The translations under genes were made by a program, and so were the position numbers. Positions 39,277-49,025 of a stretch of 64,000 nt of DNA are shown one piece after another. The stretch is from the IMG/VR virus record IMGVR_UViG_3300048881_000698, positions 121,279-185,278 of that record, one strand, 5' to 3'. Under the pieces are notes generated by a model, which did no database searches, was not told where the DNA came from, and was given only the letters and a program-made list of their open reading frames with translations. This DNA is from a virus. Its lineage: Duplodnaviria; Caudoviricetes. Position 1 is the stretch's first letter. Each line of letters opens with the position of its first letter.

Positions 39277-41352
39277 TTAAAACGCTTTTTGCCAAAAATA
39301 ATCTTTCCTGGATTTTAAATATTTTATCATACTTTCATTATCTAAATTAAACCATTCTTCGCCAGTATGCTGAACTTTTTCATTCAACTCTAATTCACAG
39401 TCAAGTAACTTGGCTTCAATGATAAATCGAGGACAAGTGTCTAGGCCATCTGGTTTAAAACAGACACCTTTTGCTTTTCTTAGTTTTTTCAAAAACTCAT
39501 CGTATCTCAAGCCACCAACTACCTCATATTCAACATTGTTATCTTTACACCATTTTTCGGAAGCAGCTACTCCTTTCACCCAACTACTTGAGCTGAGTAC
39601 AAGCCATTTCTCTTTCTCGTAAGATTTATTTCTTATTTTTTGAATATAATCTAAAATTCGATCTTCAAACAGAGAAGAAAGAATATGAGTGTTTGTATCT
39701 TTCAGTTCTGGGAAATTTTCACAATATATATCTCTTTGTTTTTTTGCCATAAAAAATACTGATTGAGCATTTGTCATAAACTCTTTTATTAGGTTGGCTA
39801 AACCGGTTTTTGCATATTCGCATGCTTCTCCCTCTACAAATTCATATAATGCCGGGTTTCTATGTTTGCACATTTTATAATCATATTCGATAAAAGAATA
39901 TGCAATGTTTTTTTCTTTTAACCAAGTGATAGCTTCCGGATTCATCGATGTCATGTTTGCAAAAATCCACTTGCTCTCTTTCCACGTATCCAGAAGGTGT
40001 TCGTTAACAGCAGTTGCTTTAACGGAAGCTGCCGTCGACGGACAACTGTCAATCAATGTTTGTAGACTTAATTCCGCCCCGCCTTGAAATTCGTTTGCAA
40101 ACATATCACTTACAAAAACATATTCAACATTTTTTAAGTCCTCACCGTCATAGATGTGATCTGCAAAAAGTTTAAATTGGTTTTTTTCTGATAAAATTTC
40201 CTTTAAGCGCGGTGCTATTTTTTTAGCTTTGTTTAAGTATTGACCATAGTCTTTATACACGTTTCTAATCGTTTTTTTATAGCTACCTTTTTTAGGGAAG
40301 CACCACATTGAATCTTTGACCAAAATCGGCTCCCAAACAGCTTCTGGTTGAATTGGTTTAATATCATATTCAACAGTTGCAAAATGTGGTCTATTTTTTA
40401 CTTTCGTGGACTTTTTCTGCTTTTCTGGAGCTTTCATAAAATCAGTGATTCCGCCCCAACACGACGCGATGACCGGCAATGTATGACAAGCTGCCTCAAA
40501 AACAGGGAGACCAAAGCCTTCTCCATGTGAAATATTAATTAATGCTTTTATCTTAGGATGAGTATACAATCCTGTCATCTCGCTCTCTTTCATTGTTCCG
40601 TGAAGGACATAAAGTTTGCACTTGCTGCCTTTATTTTCGTTGGCAAATTTTTGTATTCTTTGCAATGTCATTGCTTTATCTATTGTACAATCACTGGCGC
40701 AATTAATTTTTAGTACTAAACCTACTTCGTCGTCTTTAAATTCTTCCATAAACCAACGAATAGTATTTTTCAAATTCTTTCGAGGGCTCCACTGTGAAAC
40801 AACCAAGAAATTAAAATCATATTTTAAATCAATGTCTATTTCTTCTGGTGTGAATTCTTTTACAGGAAAGTTGACAATTTCTACCGGTGTTTGACACGCT
40901 ACGCTTACTGATTGCTGAATGGCTTCGTTATACGCATCATATACTGTATTGACAAATGCAAATTTAGAATGTTCGGAAGGTACAATAATCTTATCCATGT
41001 AATTCGAGGCCTGCATCCACTCACGAGATATTTTTGTTGTCTCGGTACCAGCTGTATAGCCGATATTGACAAGTGCTAGCTTTTGCCATTCTTGAGGAAT
41101 GGTAACTTGAATAGAGATATCGTAATTATTAGCTTGGTCCCCATATATAATGCTTTTTTTAGCAAGGCTGTCTAGCCACCTTCTTTCTTCATCATCTTCA
41201 ATAATCCAGCCTGTGTTACCCCATCTAATATTCTCTATAAAAATATCAAATCTTTCAGGATACTGCGCAAGAGACCTCAGAGCAAATCTTGCTTGCTCTC
41301 CATATCCGGATCTAGAAAATATTGGACCTTTGACTAAAACTTTTTTCATCAA
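39277..41352 (-). CDS. Two-domain glycosyltransferase (GT4 + second GT-B-like unit)
   Basis: SRSGYG, PRKN, SHGEGFGLPVFEAA; second half GGAELS...DTCPRFIIEAKL. Confidence 0.85.
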   Translation of the reverse strand: MMKKVLVKGPIFSRSGYGEQARFALRSLAQYPERFDIFIENIRWGNTGWIIEDDEERRWLDSLAKKSIIYGDQANNYDISIQVTIPQEWQKLALVNIGYTAGTETTKISREWMQASNYMDKIIVPSEHSKFAFVNTVYDAYNEAIQQSVSVACQTPVEIVNFPVKEFTPEEIDIDLKYDFNFLVVSQWSPRKNLKNTIRWFMEEFKDDEVGLVLKINCASDCTIDKAMTLQRIQKFANENKGSKCKLYVLHGTMKESEMTGLYTHPKIKALINISHGEGFGLPVFEAACHTLPVIASCWGGITDFMKAPEKQKKSTKVKNRPHFATVEYDIKPIQPEAVWEPILVKDSMWCFPKKGSYKKTIRNVYKDYGQYLNKAKKIAPRLKEILSEKNQFKLFADHIYDGEDLKNVEYVFVSDMFANEFQGGAELSLQTLIDSCPSTAASVKATAVNEHLLDTWKESKWIFANMTSMNPEAITWLKEKNIAYSFIEYDYKMCKHRNPALYEFVEGEACEYAKTGLANLIKEFMTNAQSVFFMAKKQRDIYCENFPELKDTNTHILSSLFEDRILDYIQKIRNKSYEKEKWLVLSSSSWVKGVAASEKWCKDNNVEYEVVGGLRYDEFLKKLRKAKGVCFKPDGLDTCPRFIIEAKLLDCELELNEKVQHTGEEWFNLDNESMIKYLKSRKDYFWQKAF

Positions 41353-42617
41353 CTAACCTCTGTAAAATTCCAGTTTTTGTAGGACTTTCTTGTTTTCCAT
41401 GATCCATGTTTTTCGCATACATGATCGAAAATTGCAGTCCACTTGCTGCGATATGTGTCAAAGTTATATTCTTTCAGCACATGCTCTCTGCCTTTGGCAC
41501 CAAGTTCTTTTCTTTCTTTTTCAGACATATTATACATTTTATGTAGAGCCTCAATAAAGTCCTCTTTGCTAATCCTGTCTTCGTATATATATGGAACTTG
41601 TTGAGAACCAATGATTGCTTTAGACGCGGGCTCGATACCTATACCAAACCAGTTTTCCCCATCTGTAACTTGTTGTTGGAGGCCCCCTGTCATATTAACA
41701 ATTATGGGAGTTCCACATGACAAAGATTCCAACGTTGCTAGTCCAAAACCTTCGGCGTCCGACACATTGATTGTGCAATCGGCCACATTATAAATTATAG
41801 CCAATTCATCTAATGGATATTTATCTTGCGAAAATAATATCTGCCCCTCGCCCATATTTAACTCTTTAGCTATAGCAACTAAATCCTGACCATGATCATC
41901 ATACGGATCAGTGTGCATAATCAAACATGCTTTATCATGACCAACTTTGTCTAGAAATTCCTTAAACCACCATAGAATACTTCCGCTCATTTTCCTTCTT
42001 GCGTTTCGATTGTTCCAGAAAAATAAAAATCTGTCACCTGTTTTATTCAGCAATCCAATTGTTTTTTTGTACTGTTTAATATCTGCCTCGGGTACTGGCT
42101 TAAATATCTCTGTGTCTACCGCATGAGGTAAGTATACACACTCTACATCCGGGGAAACTGTTCTAACAATATCATCAGTAACTTTAGAAATAGTTGCCAC
42201 TAAATCATTAGAATCGTAAAATAATTTATTAAACTTAGGATATGGATAATTGTCCCATACGTGATAATAAATCATTGGTATATGCGCACGGATTTCATTA
42301 TCCATTTCCCATAGCCAACCCCAAAATCTCGGATCTGTCATAAACCATAAAACATCCGGTCTTTCACTTCTAAGTACGCTTCGAATAGCATCTTGCGTAC
42401 CATAACTATCAACTGGGTATATTACCCAATCGTCTCCGTATTCTTCGGTTTTTACCGGTTCATAATTTAAATGTTTTATGGCTCCGCCAAAGCTGATGAC
42501 TTTATATCTTCCCGTTTGAAGAAGCGCTTCAACTATATATCTGGTTTGTGTACCGACACCTGACGGGGATAGAGGATGATCACCTATGGTGAAAATCTTG
42601 ATTTTTTCTTTACTCAA
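41349..42617 (-). CDS. Glycosyltransferase family 4
   Basis: SGVG, PHAVD, NRNARRK, AEGFGLATLESLSCGTP. Confidence 0.9.
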   Translation of the reverse strand: MSKEKIKIFTIGDHPLSPSGVGTQTRYIVEALLQTGRYKVISFGGAIKHLNYEPVKTEEYGDDWVIYPVDSYGTQDAIRSVLRSERPDVLWFMTDPRFWGWLWEMDNEIRAHIPMIYYHVWDNYPYPKFNKLFYDSNDLVATISKVTDDIVRTVSPDVECVYLPHAVDTEIFKPVPEADIKQYKKTIGLLNKTGDRFLFFWNNRNARRKMSGSILWWFKEFLDKVGHDKACLIMHTDPYDDHGQDLVAIAKELNMGEGQILFSQDKYPLDELAIIYNVADCTINVSDAEGFGLATLESLSCGTPIIVNMTGGLQQQVTDGENWFGIGIEPASKAIIGSQQVPYIYEDRISKEDFIEALHKMYNMSEKERKELGAKGREHVLKEYNFDTYRSKWTAIFDHVCEKHGSWKTRKSYKNWNFTEVS

Positions 42618-42626
42618 TTTAACCTC

Positions 42627-43475
42627 TTATGGACAGTGTTTTGTTTTGTAAAATTCGCAAGGACCATATGGGCCATGGCACGCCAATTTATTCTTAATGT
42701 AATTTTTCTTATTTATATTATACAGCGCCTTGTTTAAAAAGTTAATAGCATTTCCTGTTCTTTTATCGCCACTAGTCACTTTAAATAACTCAATTTTATT
42801 TTTTTTCGCCGTTCGTTTTAAAAGTCCAAAGTGTACATCTACATTTGAAGGGTCGATTTTATACTTGTCACAATAATAATGCTTATAAAATATCAATTGA
42901 TAAGTGCTCATTACTTCAGATTTTTTTCTTGCATCCCAGCCCCAGGAACATGTTTTCCAATCAATAACGTGATATCTTCCATCTTTTGTTTTCAATACAA
43001 GGTCGATATAACCTTTGAAGTTATATTCTTCTTCAACAAATTCTTTAATATACTGAGATAGTTTTTCTTCAACTGATATAACCTCGTAACTTTTAAAATA
43101 CTCTTTAAGAGCTGGTTTGATGTGTTCTATCAGACCTAGTCCCTGTTCTTCCATCGGCGTAATCAAATCAGATCTTAATTCAACTTCCTTGTCAAGCAAA
43201 TCCTTAATATTCTGTGAAAATACACGTTTAAAATATTCAGAAAAATCTAAATCATCTTCTAAAACTAACTTTTCACAAACGCTGTGTATGGCAGAGCCAA
43301 ATGCTGTATATTCATTACCTTTAAAGAATTTATGTTTATCAATATAAGTTAATTTATGATAAAAGGGGCACTTATGCCAATTTTTTAGCTCTGAAAAAGA
43401 TACATGGGGAATATCACTCTTTTGTTTTTGTTTTTTTTCGTCGCGACTTTTTTGTTTTAGTGTTTGTGTTTTCAT
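42627..43475 (-). CDS. PD-(D/E)XK nuclease (RecB/Cas4-like)
   Basis: SFSEL..CP, GSAIH, GYIDLV, IDWKT, QLIFY and C-terminal cysteines. Confidence 0.88.
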   Translation of the reverse strand: MKTQTLKQKSRDEKKQKQKSDIPHVSFSELKNWHKCPFYHKLTYIDKHKFFKGNEYTAFGSAIHSVCEKLVLEDDLDFSEYFKRVFSQNIKDLLDKEVELRSDLITPMEEQGLGLIEHIKPALKEYFKSYEVISVEEKLSQYIKEFVEEEYNFKGYIDLVLKTKDGRYHVIDWKTCSWGWDARKKSEVMSTYQLIFYKHYYCDKYKIDPSNVDVHFGLLKRTAKKNKIELFKVTSGDKRTGNAINFLNKALYNINKKNYIKNKLACHGPYGPCEFYKTKHCP

Positions 43476-43812
43476 TTTTAATATCCTGTTTTTTTATTTC
43501 GACATTTTTTACATTTTTCACAGTATGCAATTTATATTTCCAATATCCGCTGTTATTGCCTACTGTATTTGAAGCCACAGACTTAATTCCCTCTGTACAT
43601 TCTCCATATTTGTATCCTTTTGCTTTAAGGTATCTTCTAATATGACCTTCTCTCCATTTCCGAAAATTAGGATTGGAAATCCTCTTTCCAGGATCTTTGG
43701 ATTCGAAAGATTCACCATCGATATCAACCTCTAAGAACACTTCTATTGTTTGCTTTTCCTCATCAACCACTATGTTAGCTTTTTCCAGCTTTTCTAAAAT
43801 AATGTTGTCCAT
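43414..43812 (-). CDS. Hypothetical protein with basic tail
   Basis: 132 aa, GGAG RBS. Confidence 0.65.
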   Translation of the reverse strand: MDNIILEKLEKANIVVDEEKQTIEVFLEVDIDGESFESKDPGKRISNPNFRKWREGHIRRYLKAKGYKYGECTEGIKSVASNTVGNNSGYWKYKLHTVKNVKNVEIKKQDIKNENTNTKTKKSRRKKTKTKE

Positions 43813-43813
43813 T

Positions 43814-44509
43814 TTATTCTCCTTCTACAATATTTTGTATTTTATTAAACAGATAAGGGCTTAACTTTCTTAAATATCGCGGGTCCTCGAGAAAATAATT
43901 CTCAAAACCATTTGCAAAATACTCTCTCAGAGAAGTAGCAGCATATGGAGAAACAAACAAACCCATTGTTAATGAGACCAAAGTTGGATATCCAACCTCT
44001 TTGTAAAGAAACTCATCAAAGGCTTTTGAATAGTCTGAATTTGTAAAATCATCTCTTATATTATAACCTTCTTGTTTTAAAATGTCAAGTAATCTTTTTC
44101 GTTTTCCCAGAAATTCCTTTTCCAAGTTTAGATCCCCGTAAAGTTCTTCTTGAGCGTATTCCTCTACCGAATGAGCCAATTCATGAACAATATCATCTAA
44201 CATATCTTTTTCATTGTCTTGATAATTCGAGACATATATAGCCCTGTCCTGATATAAAGCGTTTGTGTTGTGCTCTTCAAACTCTTTAAGGTTGCCTATC
44301 ACAATAATATCTACATTATAAAAAAGGTCTACAGGAATTAATCTTTGCAATTTGTCAAACACTTTTGCCAAATCAATGTCTTCAGAAGTTGGCTCTTTGA
44401 TAAAAACTTGTACCTTGCCGCCAAACAGTTGTAGGTGATTTTGATTTTTAATCGCGTTTACGTGAGATTCTTTAAGATATGCGCTTATATTCTTTCTATT
44501 CGTCATCAA
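43814..44509 (-). CDS. Putative zinc metallopeptidase (HExxH)
   Basis: IVHELAHS plus a downstream YAATSLREYFA third-ligand motif. Confidence 0.7.
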   Translation of the reverse strand: MMTNRKNISAYLKESHVNAIKNQNHLQLFGGKVQVFIKEPTSEDIDLAKVFDKLQRLIPVDLFYNVDIIVIGNLKEFEEHNTNALYQDRAIYVSNYQDNEKDMLDDIVHELAHSVEEYAQEELYGDLNLEKEFLGKRKRLLDILKQEGYNIRDDFTNSDYSKAFDEFLYKEVGYPTLVSLTMGLFVSPYAATSLREYFANGFENYFLEDPRYLRKLSPYLFNKIQNIVEGE

Positions 44510-44813
44510 TTGTATCAGGTATCTTGGCTAAAATTTCATCATCTTTTTTAATGATTTGATTATAACTTTCTACATCATTTAAAGCCTGTTCATATCCGCG
44601 AATATAATTTTCCTCGGCAACAACTATTAAAAACTCAGGGAATTCTTTAGCAACTGTCTCGACAATCATCTCAACAGTCACGTTATCGTCAGCCGGCTCA
44701 TGCTTATTACCAACATATTCAACTAGCCAACTTTTAAATTCTGTTTCGGGGATCACGTTTTCTTTTAATAAGGGATTCGGTCCCTCTTCCTCATTTTCAA
44801 TTTTTATATTCAT
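44496..44813 (-). CDS. Hypothetical phage protein
   Basis: 105 aa, GAGG RBS. Confidence 0.7.
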   Translation of the reverse strand: MNIKIENEEEGPNPLLKENVIPETEFKSWLVEYVGNKHEPADDNVTVEMIVETVAKEFPEFLIVVAEENYIRGYEQALNDVESYNQIIKKDDEILAKIPDTIDDE

Positions 44814-44828
44814 TTTAAACCTCGTTTA

Positions 44829-46142
44829 TTATAATATTTTGGCAGCCAAAGTGGCAACCTTTGATCTTTCACCTTTTTTTAATATAATATGGCCTGCGAC
44901 GTCATGCTCTTTGAATTTTTCAACTATGAAAGTTAATCCATTTGAAGTTTCATCGACATATACATTATCAATTTGCTCAATGTCTCCAGTGAACACGATT
45001 TTTGTTCCTTCGCCCACTCTTGTAAGTATAGTCTTTATTTCATGCTTTGTTAATTGCTGTGCTTCATCTATTACAATAAAAGCGTTGGCTATAGATCTTC
45101 CACGAATATAAGTTAACGCTTCAACTTCAATTATTCCTTCGCCAATATACATATCAAGTGTTTTTTTATCTCCCATTAAAAATTCTAAGTTATCCTGAAT
45201 TGGGGCTAGCCATGGGCTCATCTTCTCTTCTATTGTGCCCGGGAGATATCCAATATCTTTTCCCATCGGTTGTATAGGTCTAGAAACTATAATTCTTTTA
45301 TACTGTGCTTCTGAATCATCTTCAATAGTTTGTTGTAAACCGGCGGCAACAGCACATAAAGTCTTTCCGGAACCAGCCTTACCCACTAAAGACACAATTG
45401 GAACGTTAAAGTCCATTAATAAATCCAGTGCAAAACTTTGTTCTTTATTTCTAGGTTTGACGCCCCAAACATTTTTATATTCTACTATTTTTCTTAGTGG
45501 GTCCGCATAGCTGAGGAATTTAGATAAAGCTGTTTTTTTATCATTTGCGTTTGATACCAACATTACATACTGATTAGGGAATATTTTAATATCATCTTCC
45601 ACAGCATAAACCGGTTCGCCATCGTAAAACTGATTTATTGTTTGATCGTCAACAAGATATTTGATAAACCCAGAATACAATAGTTCACTGTTAGTTACAG
45701 CTTGATCCGCTTGATAATCTTCAGATGGTAAGCCAAGCGCATCACATTTGATTCTCATATTAATATCGCGAGTGACAACTACAACCTTTTTATTTGCATG
45801 TTCTTCTCTTTCGGCAAGAGCGGTACTTATGATTGTGTTATCTGCATCATCGCGATCAAACTCGGAGGGTAATAGTGATAGAACATGAGTTCTGGCAAAA
45901 ACAATACCTTTTCCCTTCCCAAGCCTAACGCCTTTTTTAAGACTGCCTTTTACTCTTAATTCATCTAAAATTCTTATAATTGTTCTTGCGTTCAGTCCAA
46001 CACTGTCTTGTCTTTTTTTATGCTTATCGATCTCTTCCAAAACTTTAAATGGTATTAAAATATCGTTATTACCAAATGAATTAATTGAATTGGCATCTGT
46101 TAAATAAACATTTGTGTCCAGCACATAAGTCTTTTTCGCCAT
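44829..46142 (-). CDS. phoH: PIN-PhoH family protein
   Basis: N-terminal PIN (YVLDTNV, VTRDINMR); PhoH core GKAGSGKT, GYLPG, YIRGRS, DEAQQ, TRVGE, GDIEQID. Confidence 0.93.
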   Translation of the reverse strand: MAKKTYVLDTNVYLTDANSINSFGNNDILIPFKVLEEIDKHKKRQDSVGLNARTIIRILDELRVKGSLKKGVRLGKGKGIVFARTHVLSLLPSEFDRDDADNTIISTALAEREEHANKKVVVVTRDINMRIKCDALGLPSEDYQADQAVTNSELLYSGFIKYLVDDQTINQFYDGEPVYAVEDDIKIFPNQYVMLVSNANDKKTALSKFLSYADPLRKIVEYKNVWGVKPRNKEQSFALDLLMDFNVPIVSLVGKAGSGKTLCAVAAGLQQTIEDDSEAQYKRIIVSRPIQPMGKDIGYLPGTIEEKMSPWLAPIQDNLEFLMGDKKTLDMYIGEGIIEVEALTYIRGRSIANAFIVIDEAQQLTKHEIKTILTRVGEGTKIVFTGDIEQIDNVYVDETSNGLTFIVEKFKEHDVAGHIILKKGERSKVATLAAKIL

Positions 46143-46169
46143 ATTTTAACCTATCTTACAATCTTCATA

Positions 46170-46177
46170 ATAAATAG
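46170..46177 (-). promoter_or_regulatory. Candidate phage promoter motif CTATTTAT
   Basis: Upstream of phoH and the glycan operon. Confidence 0.4.
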
Positions 46178-46192
46178 ATAAGCATCACTAAT

Positions 46193-46510
46193 TTATCGTT
46201 TATCTGATGGTTTTAAGGTCAGCTGTTCTTTCATCTTTCCTTTTTCATCGTACAAAAATACCTGCATCGTATAAATGATATCGGAGTCTTTGAGTTCTTT
46301 ATGTTCTTCAGTAGTTAACTGACCACGTGGAAAATATAACAGGTTATTAGTAGTCGTTGGTGTTTTACCAGTTGTAGATGGTAGCTGCGGTACTTCTTTA
46401 TCCTGAACTGCACTTGTGCAGTTAGTAAGCGTACATAACGAGAGTGTAACAAGGCTAATAAATGTAGCAATTATAATAATAGAATGATCTAAAACATTGT
46501 TTTTATTCAT
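46193..46510 (-). CDS. Small exported or lipoprotein-like protein
   Basis: N-terminal hydrophobic stretch followed by Cys residues; AAGGAG RBS. Confidence 0.6.
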   Translation of the reverse strand: MNKNNVLDHSIIIIATFISLVTLSLCTLTNCTSAVQDKEVPQLPSTTGKTPTTTNNLLYFPRGQLTTEEHKELKDSDIIYTMQVFLYDEKGKMKEQLTLKPSDKR

Positions 46511-46591
46511 AAAATCAAGATTCTCCTTATTGAGTTATAATACGTATATAGGTTTATACGCCTCTTTTGGCCCGTTTTTACAAAAAATCAT

Positions 46592-46599
46592 CTATTTAT
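46592..46599 (+). promoter_or_regulatory. Candidate phage promoter motif CTATTTAT
   Basis: About 20 nt upstream of the only convincing plus-strand gene, in the matching orientation. Confidence 0.45.
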
Positions 46600-46618
46600 C
46601 CTATAGGACTAGTTTATA

Positions 46619-47425
46619 ATGCTCAGTAAACTCATGAAAATATGCTTAGTGCTTGCAGCCATTCTGTTATCTTCCTGCGTCTTGTATTGCTGTAAAGACT
46701 CTCTTCTTTCAAGCAAAAAATATTCATTAAATGAGATTTTACCTCGAGACTCGTTCGTAAAAATAAGAAAAACAATTAAATTAACTGTCTGCGATGCAAA
46801 TGTAACTAAATTAACGCAATGTGGGGAAAGAGTTATGGGATCGACAGCCTCCGGATTCATTGTTGCTTACGACAACGAAGGCTCTTATGTTATAACGGCA
46901 GCTCATGTATGTGATGATGAAGAAATAAAATCATATGTGAGGACTCACCCGGGTGTTGACTATTCAATAAGGCGATTTAAGTTAATTGATATTGATAAGG
47001 ATAAGTACTCCGCCATAGTATTAAATTATGATTCTGAAACTGATATTTGTATGCTTTATTCTTATGGGCTTTTTAGAACGCCAGTTAATATTTCTGATGA
47101 ACCTCCTGTTCCTGGCGACAGAGCATATAATTTAGCGGCGCCTATTGGAATATTTAGCGAAGGAATGGTTCCTATTCTCAATGGTTATTATAATGGCGTG
47201 GCAGAAGAAATTGCAATCTATTCAGTTCCTGCAGTTGGCGGCTCGTCAGGTTCTCCGATTTTTAATGAAAAAGGGGAACTAATAGGCATGATTCACTCAG
47301 TTTATGTCCGATTCCCGTTTCTTAGCTTATCACCAAGATTTAGTGAGCTAGTTTCGTTTATAAAGAACAATACCAACAAAGATATCTTGCTTCAGAAAAA
47401 GTTGTTTGAAAATCTTCTATTTTAG
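46619..47425 (+). CDS. Trypsin-like (S1) serine protease with signal/lipoprotein peptide
   Basis: ASGFIV, ITAAHV (His), DICML (Asp), GGSSGSP (Ser); N-terminal LLSSC. Confidence 0.9.
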   Translation: MLSKLMKICLVLAAILLSSCVLYCCKDSLLSSKKYSLNEILPRDSFVKIRKTIKLTVCDANVTKLTQCGERVMGSTASGFIVAYDNEGSYVITAAHVCDDEEIKSYVRTHPGVDYSIRRFKLIDIDKDKYSAIVLNYDSETDICMLYSYGLFRTPVNISDEPPVPGDRAYNLAAPIGIFSEGMVPILNGYYNGVAEEIAIYSVPAVGGSSGSPIFNEKGELIGMIHSVYVRFPFLSLSPRFSELVSFIKNNTNKDILLQKKLFENLLF

Positions 47426-47650
47426 CTCTTTTTTCTCTTTCTTTTCTTTTACATAACCATCTTTGTGCCAGCCGCTGCCTTTTAATGAAAAAGAGCCCTT
47501 TGATACAAGTTTTCTACACTTACCGCCACATACACGTTCCACTGATCCGCTGACCACTGCATTTTCGCATCTAGGTGCCTTTTCATTGATTTTTTGTATT
47601 ATTTCGAAGGAAAAACCGCAATTTTGGCATTTATATTCATAAATTGGCAT
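47417..47650 (-). CDS. FmdB-family zinc-ribbon protein
   Basis: MPIYEYKCQNCG...C...CGG..RKLVS...FSLKGSGWHKDGY. Confidence 0.9.
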   Translation of the reverse strand: MPIYEYKCQNCGFSFEIIQKINEKAPRCENAVVSGSVERVCGGKCRKLVSKGSFSLKGSGWHKDGYVKEKKEKKELK

Positions 47651-47655
47651 AAATA

Positions 47656-48279
47656 TCAAATAATCTCGTCTACTAACCCATATTCAAGACAAGTTTCGGC
47701 ATCAAACCACAAATCATGCTTTAAGATCTCATTAAGCTTCTTTTTAGGAATTTTCGTGTGTTCATGGTATATATCCTTGATAATCCGCATGAAAAGATCA
47801 CAGTTGTCTATGCTATCTTTTAATTCTTCATATTTTCCCCACATGCCGGAAGAAATCTGGTGAACTAACATAAAAGAATTATTTCTTATCTGCCTGTGGG
47901 TACCTACCACACTGAAAAGAGTGGCTGCAGACGCCGCGCAGCCCTCGACTACAGTATATACCGGCACTTCGCACGATTTTACGTAATCTACAGCTGCCAA
48001 TCCTGAAAAGACGCTACCTCCGAAACTATTAATGTGCAAATATATATTTGCTGACTCTGGTAAGCTTAACAACTGTGCTTGGTTCAGTAAATTATCATTC
48101 AGGTTTCTTAACGACTTATTTAAATCAAGAATCCTTTGTCTCGAGACGTCTGAATAATAATATATTCTATTATTGACTGTTTCAACAATATTGTTTTTAT
48201 CGGAGGAGGCTCCAATCGGTATATCACTAGCTTTCGCTTTTTTGCCGGCACCTTCGCCGGCCCAAAATATATCTTTCAA
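47656..48279 (-). CDS. clpP: ClpP-family serine protease
   Basis: LHINSFGGSV, GCAASAAT (Ser), MLVHQ (His), DLWFDAETCLEYGLVDEII. Confidence 0.9.
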   Translation of the reverse strand: MKDIFWAGEGAGKKAKASDIPIGASSDKNNIVETVNNRIYYYSDVSRQRILDLNKSLRNLNDNLLNQAQLLSLPESANIYLHINSFGGSVFSGLAAVDYVKSCEVPVYTVVEGCAASAATLFSVVGTHRQIRNNSFMLVHQISSGMWGKYEELKDSIDNCDLFMRIIKDIYHEHTKIPKKKLNEILKHDLWFDAETCLEYGLVDEII

Positions 48280-48281
48280 TT

Positions 48282-48530
48282 TTAAACCCTATATAGTATT
48301 TCTAGGACGACCAACATTATGGCTGCCCAACTAAACATAAATAGATAAAATTTGTCTAATTTCCTGCCATAATTTTCAACAGCATAATATTTAAGCACTA
48401 TCATAGAAACGATGGCAAGAAACGCTAATATATTACTTCCGGAAGCAAAGCCCAATAATATTGCAGCTGCAGACAATATTGTCAACAATGCACCGGTCGT
48501 TTCAGATAAAGGCTCTTTCTGTTCTTGCAT
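48282..48530 (-). CDS. Small multi-pass membrane protein
   Basis: 82 aa with about three hydrophobic segments. Confidence 0.6.
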   Translation of the reverse strand: MQEQKEPLSETTGALLTILSAAAILLGFASGSNILAFLAIVSMIVLKYYAVENYGRKLDKFYLFMFSWAAIMLVVLEILYRV

Positions 48531-48542
48531 ATGCTTATAATA

Positions 48543-48806
48543 CTACATTGTTCTTAATTTGTTTAGTTTTTTATCTTCAATATATTTGTCGACATTATAA
48601 TCGTTGTAAGCTGGTGTGGAATAGTGCCGGCAACATAATTTATGGAATTCCCACCAAGTTTCCCTATGAAATTTATATTGAATTATGGCGCCAAGTAAAA
48701 CTTTGTTGGCAGGGTCGACAAAACTTTTAAAAACGTTCGCGACTTTTTCGATTTCCTCTTTTGTCAACTTTGGTTTTGGCGGTATGCTTGGATCGTCGAT
48801 TGGCAT
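48543..48806 (-). CDS. Hypothetical protein
   Basis: 87 aa, AGGA RBS. Confidence 0.55.
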   Translation of the reverse strand: MPIDDPSIPPKPKLTKEEIEKVANVFKSFVDPANKVLLGAIIQYKFHRETWWEFHKLCCRHYSTPAYNDYNVDKYIEDKKLNKLRTM

Positions 48807-49014
48807 CTCTATCCTTTTTCTTAACTTTCTTTTCGGGCAATTTTATATTTCTAGTTTTCACAACAAACCGATCTGAAAGCTTTTTAACCTTAACTTGAAG
48901 ATCTTCTTCGTCTTTTAATAACTCTCTTCTCTGATTAGCTTCTTGATAAGTTTTAAAAAACCCATCATTATGCCACGGTTTTTCGAAAAACGGATTGTCA
49001 ATATTTTCAGTCAT
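48727..49014 (-). CDS. Hypothetical basic protein
   Basis: 95 aa, GAGG RBS. Confidence 0.6.
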   Translation of the reverse strand: MTENIDNPFFEKPWHNDGFFKTYQEANQRRELLKDEEDLQVKVKKLSDRFVVKTRNIKLPEKKVKKKDRDANRRSKHTAKTKVDKRGNRKSRERF

Positions 49015-49025
49015 TTTTTACCTCT

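Noticed and set aside
23405-42617. Bacterial chromosomal capsule/O-antigen locus
   Set aside because: It is contiguous and co-oriented with phage baseplate and sigma genes, and has no flippase, polymerase or export genes.
42627-43475. CRISPR-Cas (Cas4)
   Set aside because: No repeat-spacer array or other cas genes; standalone Cas4-like nucleases are common in phages.
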